Shown in pieces: positions 60,944-64,000 of a stretch of DNA of 64,000 bases. The stretch's first letter is position 1, and the number at the start of each line of letters is the position of its first letter. The position numbers were made by a program, and so were the translations under genes. The notes below the pieces were generated by a model, which worked only from the letters and a program-made list of their open reading frames with translations, had not been told where the DNA came from and searched no databases. This stretch comes from Macrostomum lignano (Eukaryota): assembly GCA_002269645.1 (NCBI GenBank), contig NIVC01002087.1, positions 1-64,000 of the forward strand, given 5' to 3'.

Positions 60944-61025
60944 TTGTATAGTATGCAACTTCGTTGAATAATGGACAAAACTCGAGTTTCTATGGCCACT
61001 ATTCAACGAAGTTGCATATATACAA
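60944..61025. repeat. 82-bp imperfect palindrome centred on CTCGAG
   Basis: TTGTATAGTATGCAACTTCGTTGAATA..CTCGAG..TATTCAACGAAGTTGCATATATACAA. Confidence 0.88.
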
Positions 61026-61241
61026 TCTACCATTGCTATCGAAACTCGAGTGGACTAATCTAGGTCCTATGGGACAGACGTTTCTACGTGTGCTTTTGTT
61101 TATGGAACAACAAATAGGACATCTCTTGTTTAGCTAGACAATTTTTGGTAGTTGAGCCTACGCTCTCATTTTTCTCAATCGTTGCTTCTTCAATTGACTT
61201 ATTTTGCAACGTTGAAACCCCAAAGAAACTGGGTGCAGAAA

Positions 61242-62894
61242 ATGTACAGACCAGTCAGCAGCATTGGCCCTCAGACCAGTGTTGATCCGATGGAAGTTAT
61301 GGAAACTCTAGTCGCTATGGAGCAGCGGTTTCGCCAAGTGTTCCAACAGATACTGATAGACACGGATTTCCCGCTGAAGTACGACGTCGCTTCTAACGAG
61401 GCAGACGGACCACTGTTCTTCGTGTTAACGAAGCAGCCAACGTCTTTAACCTACGTGATCGAAGCGCTCCCGGTTGTTTTCGACCAATCAGCATCAAAAG
61501 CGCATGTTAAACGAGTCGAAGAGCTGACCTATCACCCAGTGTTTGAAGATGTGATTGAACGGTACACCAAAACCCGGAGGAAACCAAACCCAGTCATCCT
61601 GGAGACTAGGTCTGCCGATTTTTGCTACATGGTTACTATCAAGATCGAAGTGCTGCCACTTGACCGTAGTGTACGAGCGGTGAATTTCACTCTACTGCGC
61701 GAGTACCAGATCCTGCTTCACATTTGGGAGAGCTACAGAAGCGACCTCAACGCTAATAAGTGCAACTCTGATCAGCTGATCGGCTTCCCGATGCCATTCG
61801 AATTTCGAAACATCGAGGGCACAAAATACGATCTTCCGCACGGCCACAGCTGGGAGTATTATAGCCCGTTTGGTAAGCTTGAATCTCTGCAGCGAGTCTC
61901 CTTGACGTCTATAACATCCAGCAAGGACAGTCGGCCGATCAAGTCAACTCTGAGCTACATGTCCATAGAGAAAGTCGGGCCCAGCCTCAGCTACCTAATG
62001 GATCTGATGCTGTCGCAGCGCAAGTTTTTCAACATATCCTCGGCGCTGAAAGTCTACGACCAGCTTATCTGCCGACTATTAGTGATGCACAAATACTCGG
62101 TTATTCATGGCGACATCAATCCGTCGGCGTTATGTTTTGGCACCGGCGAGGCCGTCAATGTGCTCTATTTGAACAATTTCGAGGCCGCCTTGCTGGCGCC
62201 CACATTCGGCCTACCGCTGCCTTTCTTTCACGACCGCTTCGTCTCGTACAGCCGTGTGAAGGACAAATCGGTCCACTTCGTCCACGACCTCGAGTCAGCT
62301 TTCTACGTGTTCCTATACTTGATGCTTGGCCGACTGCCGTGGGACTCTCGTCTGGGCGTTAGCGAAACTGAGAGTTCGACTGTTGCGCCCGTTGGCGTCG
62401 ACATCTCGGTCAATGATATCCGCTCAGAGAAGAGTCGCACCATGGAGGAGAAGGAAAAGTTCTGGCAGTCGTCTAATCAACTGCTGTGGATGGTGAAGTC
62501 AATAGACACAGAGTTCAGGGACTCCATGTATCGGAACTTTGCGTCCGACATTGTGGAGGCGATCTATGCCAGAGTAAAGGAGAGCATGTCCACTTGCCAG
62601 TCGCTGAGTCAGTCTGCCTACTCGAAGAGTGTCTTCATCACCGGCACGGCTCCTTACAATGCCTACTTTGGTGTTAGAAAGATAATTGCCAGTTTCTTCC
62701 GCTTTGAGTCGCGAAGCAACGCCTTGAAAGATCCGGTGTGGTCGGCCAAGACCGACATGCTGTTTAAGGAGGACGCTAACGACCGTCGCATAGCCTGGGA
62801 TTTGAGCTCCTGGTGCTGGAACTACTTGGACGCCGATGCCAATTCTGTTAAACGACAGTCGTCAAGAAAGTCGCAGATCGTCGTTAGTTCATAA
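61242..62894 (+). CDS. Intronless casein kinase 1 superfamily (CK1/TTBK/VRK-like) protein, probably a pseudokinase, 550 aa
   Basis: VTIKIE, LLREYQI, IEKVGPSLSYLM..KFF, IHGDINPSA, YLNNFE and DLESAFYVFLYLMLGRLPW align to the CK1 motifs VAIKLE, MELLGPSLEDL, IHRDVKPDN, IIDFG and DDLESLGYVLMYFxxGSLPW. First ATG at 61242; the track start is TTG. Confidence 0.85.
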   Translation: MYRPVSSIGPQTSVDPMEVMETLVAMEQRFRQVFQQILIDTDFPLKYDVASNEADGPLFFVLTKQPTSLTYVIEALPVVFDQSASKAHVKRVEELTYHPVFEDVIERYTKTRRKPNPVILETRSADFCYMVTIKIEVLPLDRSVRAVNFTLLREYQILLHIWESYRSDLNANKCNSDQLIGFPMPFEFRNIEGTKYDLPHGHSWEYYSPFGKLESLQRVSLTSITSSKDSRPIKSTLSYMSIEKVGPSLSYLMDLMLSQRKFFNISSALKVYDQLICRLLVMHKYSVIHGDINPSALCFGTGEAVNVLYLNNFEAALLAPTFGLPLPFFHDRFVSYSRVKDKSVHFVHDLESAFYVFLYLMLGRLPWDSRLGVSETESSTVAPVGVDISVNDIRSEKSRTMEEKEKFWQSSNQLLWMVKSIDTEFRDSMYRNFASDIVEAIYARVKESMSTCQSLSQSAYSKSVFITGTAPYNAYFGVRKIIASFFRFESRSNALKDPVWSAKTDMLFKEDANDRRIAWDLSSWCWNYLDADANSVKRQSSRKSQIVVSS

Positions 62895-64000
62895 TCAGAC
62901 AGTTTGGTCAGAAAACCAGGTTCATTCGAACACTTCCGACGTCAGCTTTAGGATACTTTATTAGGTCTAGGACATTTCTTATCAGATGGCATACAAGTAG
63001 CGTGTCACAATGGTACCGATTCTGATTATTGCAGCTAAGCATAGGTTTTTTATTTAGAATCTCTGCGTCTAGAGCGTATATGCAGTCTTTTCTTCTAAGC
63101 TTTTTCTAAATATATGGTCAGTCTGATTCGTTTGAGAATCAGCAGCTAAGTAGCCATTTGAAATAGCGCTTATAAATCTAAAATTCATATTTTCCTGCAT
63201 TAACTATCTTGGATCTGTGGCTAATTTTTTATGCGTAATGTCAGAATGGAATGAAAATTGTCATTGTCCGGCGCTGTACGCTCATTAGTTAACTCTTGGA
63301 AATCATTGCGTACGGCTACTGAGTATTCATTCATGAGACAATGCGCTTGGTTATGAATGGTTTTGGTGGTTAACAGTATTTACCAGCCTGATTTTTCACG
63401 AGTGACTAGAATTAAGAATTAAGAGAATCACTCTCCAACCCTCAAAACCCAAAACCATATACAAAATCTACCATCGTTGGTTTGGTTCTTGCCCCTAGTT
63501 CACAATTGAACTCAAAAATGTTGAAAAAGTGTAAAAAGTACAAACTAAAATGAACCTAAAACAGTAGTAACCTTTTCCGAGGTTTAGTAAAGTAATTACT
63601 GGTTTCACTTGATTAAAAATCTACTTTTTTGTTTAGTTGAACCAAAATTGCCATACTGTATTTGCTAATATTTCCACTTCCGATGTGCCTCCCTACATGT
63701 ACCTCTCGCCTCTTTGCTATCGGCCTACTACAATTGACAGTTTAATTTGATTTATGGTTCTCCCAGTCTTCTCGCTTTTTGGTTACCTGGGTCCTCGTGA
63801 ATCTGTTGACTATTATGTAGATAAAATCTAATCCCTATAAATTTATCCCCACACTCAAACCCTGGTACTCGTAGATTTTAACATTTGTGACTAGATGGTC
63901 CCCTTGGCTAATATACCTGAACTTCAATAGGGCTCCATACTTCTATTAAAGATTACGTACGAGTATATATCAAGTCAATCCCCATGAAGAATCTTCCCAC

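Overview
Repeat-rich eukaryotic (invertebrate animal-like) genomic DNA with GT-AG introns. I see no prokaryotic, CRISPR, rRNA or true tRNA features. Host genes reconstructed by eye: (1) two inverted paralogous IAP genes (unknown N-terminal domain-BIR-BIR-UBA-RING), one intact at 23847-26102 (+) and one carrying a 1-bp frameshift at 8334-6222 (-); (2) a spliced DCN1/DCUN1D gene (-, four coding exons found, the ATG exon not located); (3) a 7-exon EXT1-like exostosin (+, about 749 aa); (4) an intronless CK1-family ORF that looks like a pseudokinase (+, 550 aa). The rest is transposable elements and tandem repeats: a decayed Ty3/Gypsy gag-pol, a solo LTR, three LINE relics, a near-intact mariner and a mariner relic, nested hAT-like and Tc1 remnants, several MITE families, tRNA-derived CORE-like SINEs, kb-scale polypurine tracts, and large minisatellites filling most introns. 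The most striking structure is the intact IAP bracketed by two ~2-kb promoter-bearing direct repeats immediately downstream of the Gypsy pol. Also notable are the loss of catalytic motifs in the EXT1 GT64 domain and in the CK1-like kinase. All alignments and identities were judged by eye; no database search was run.
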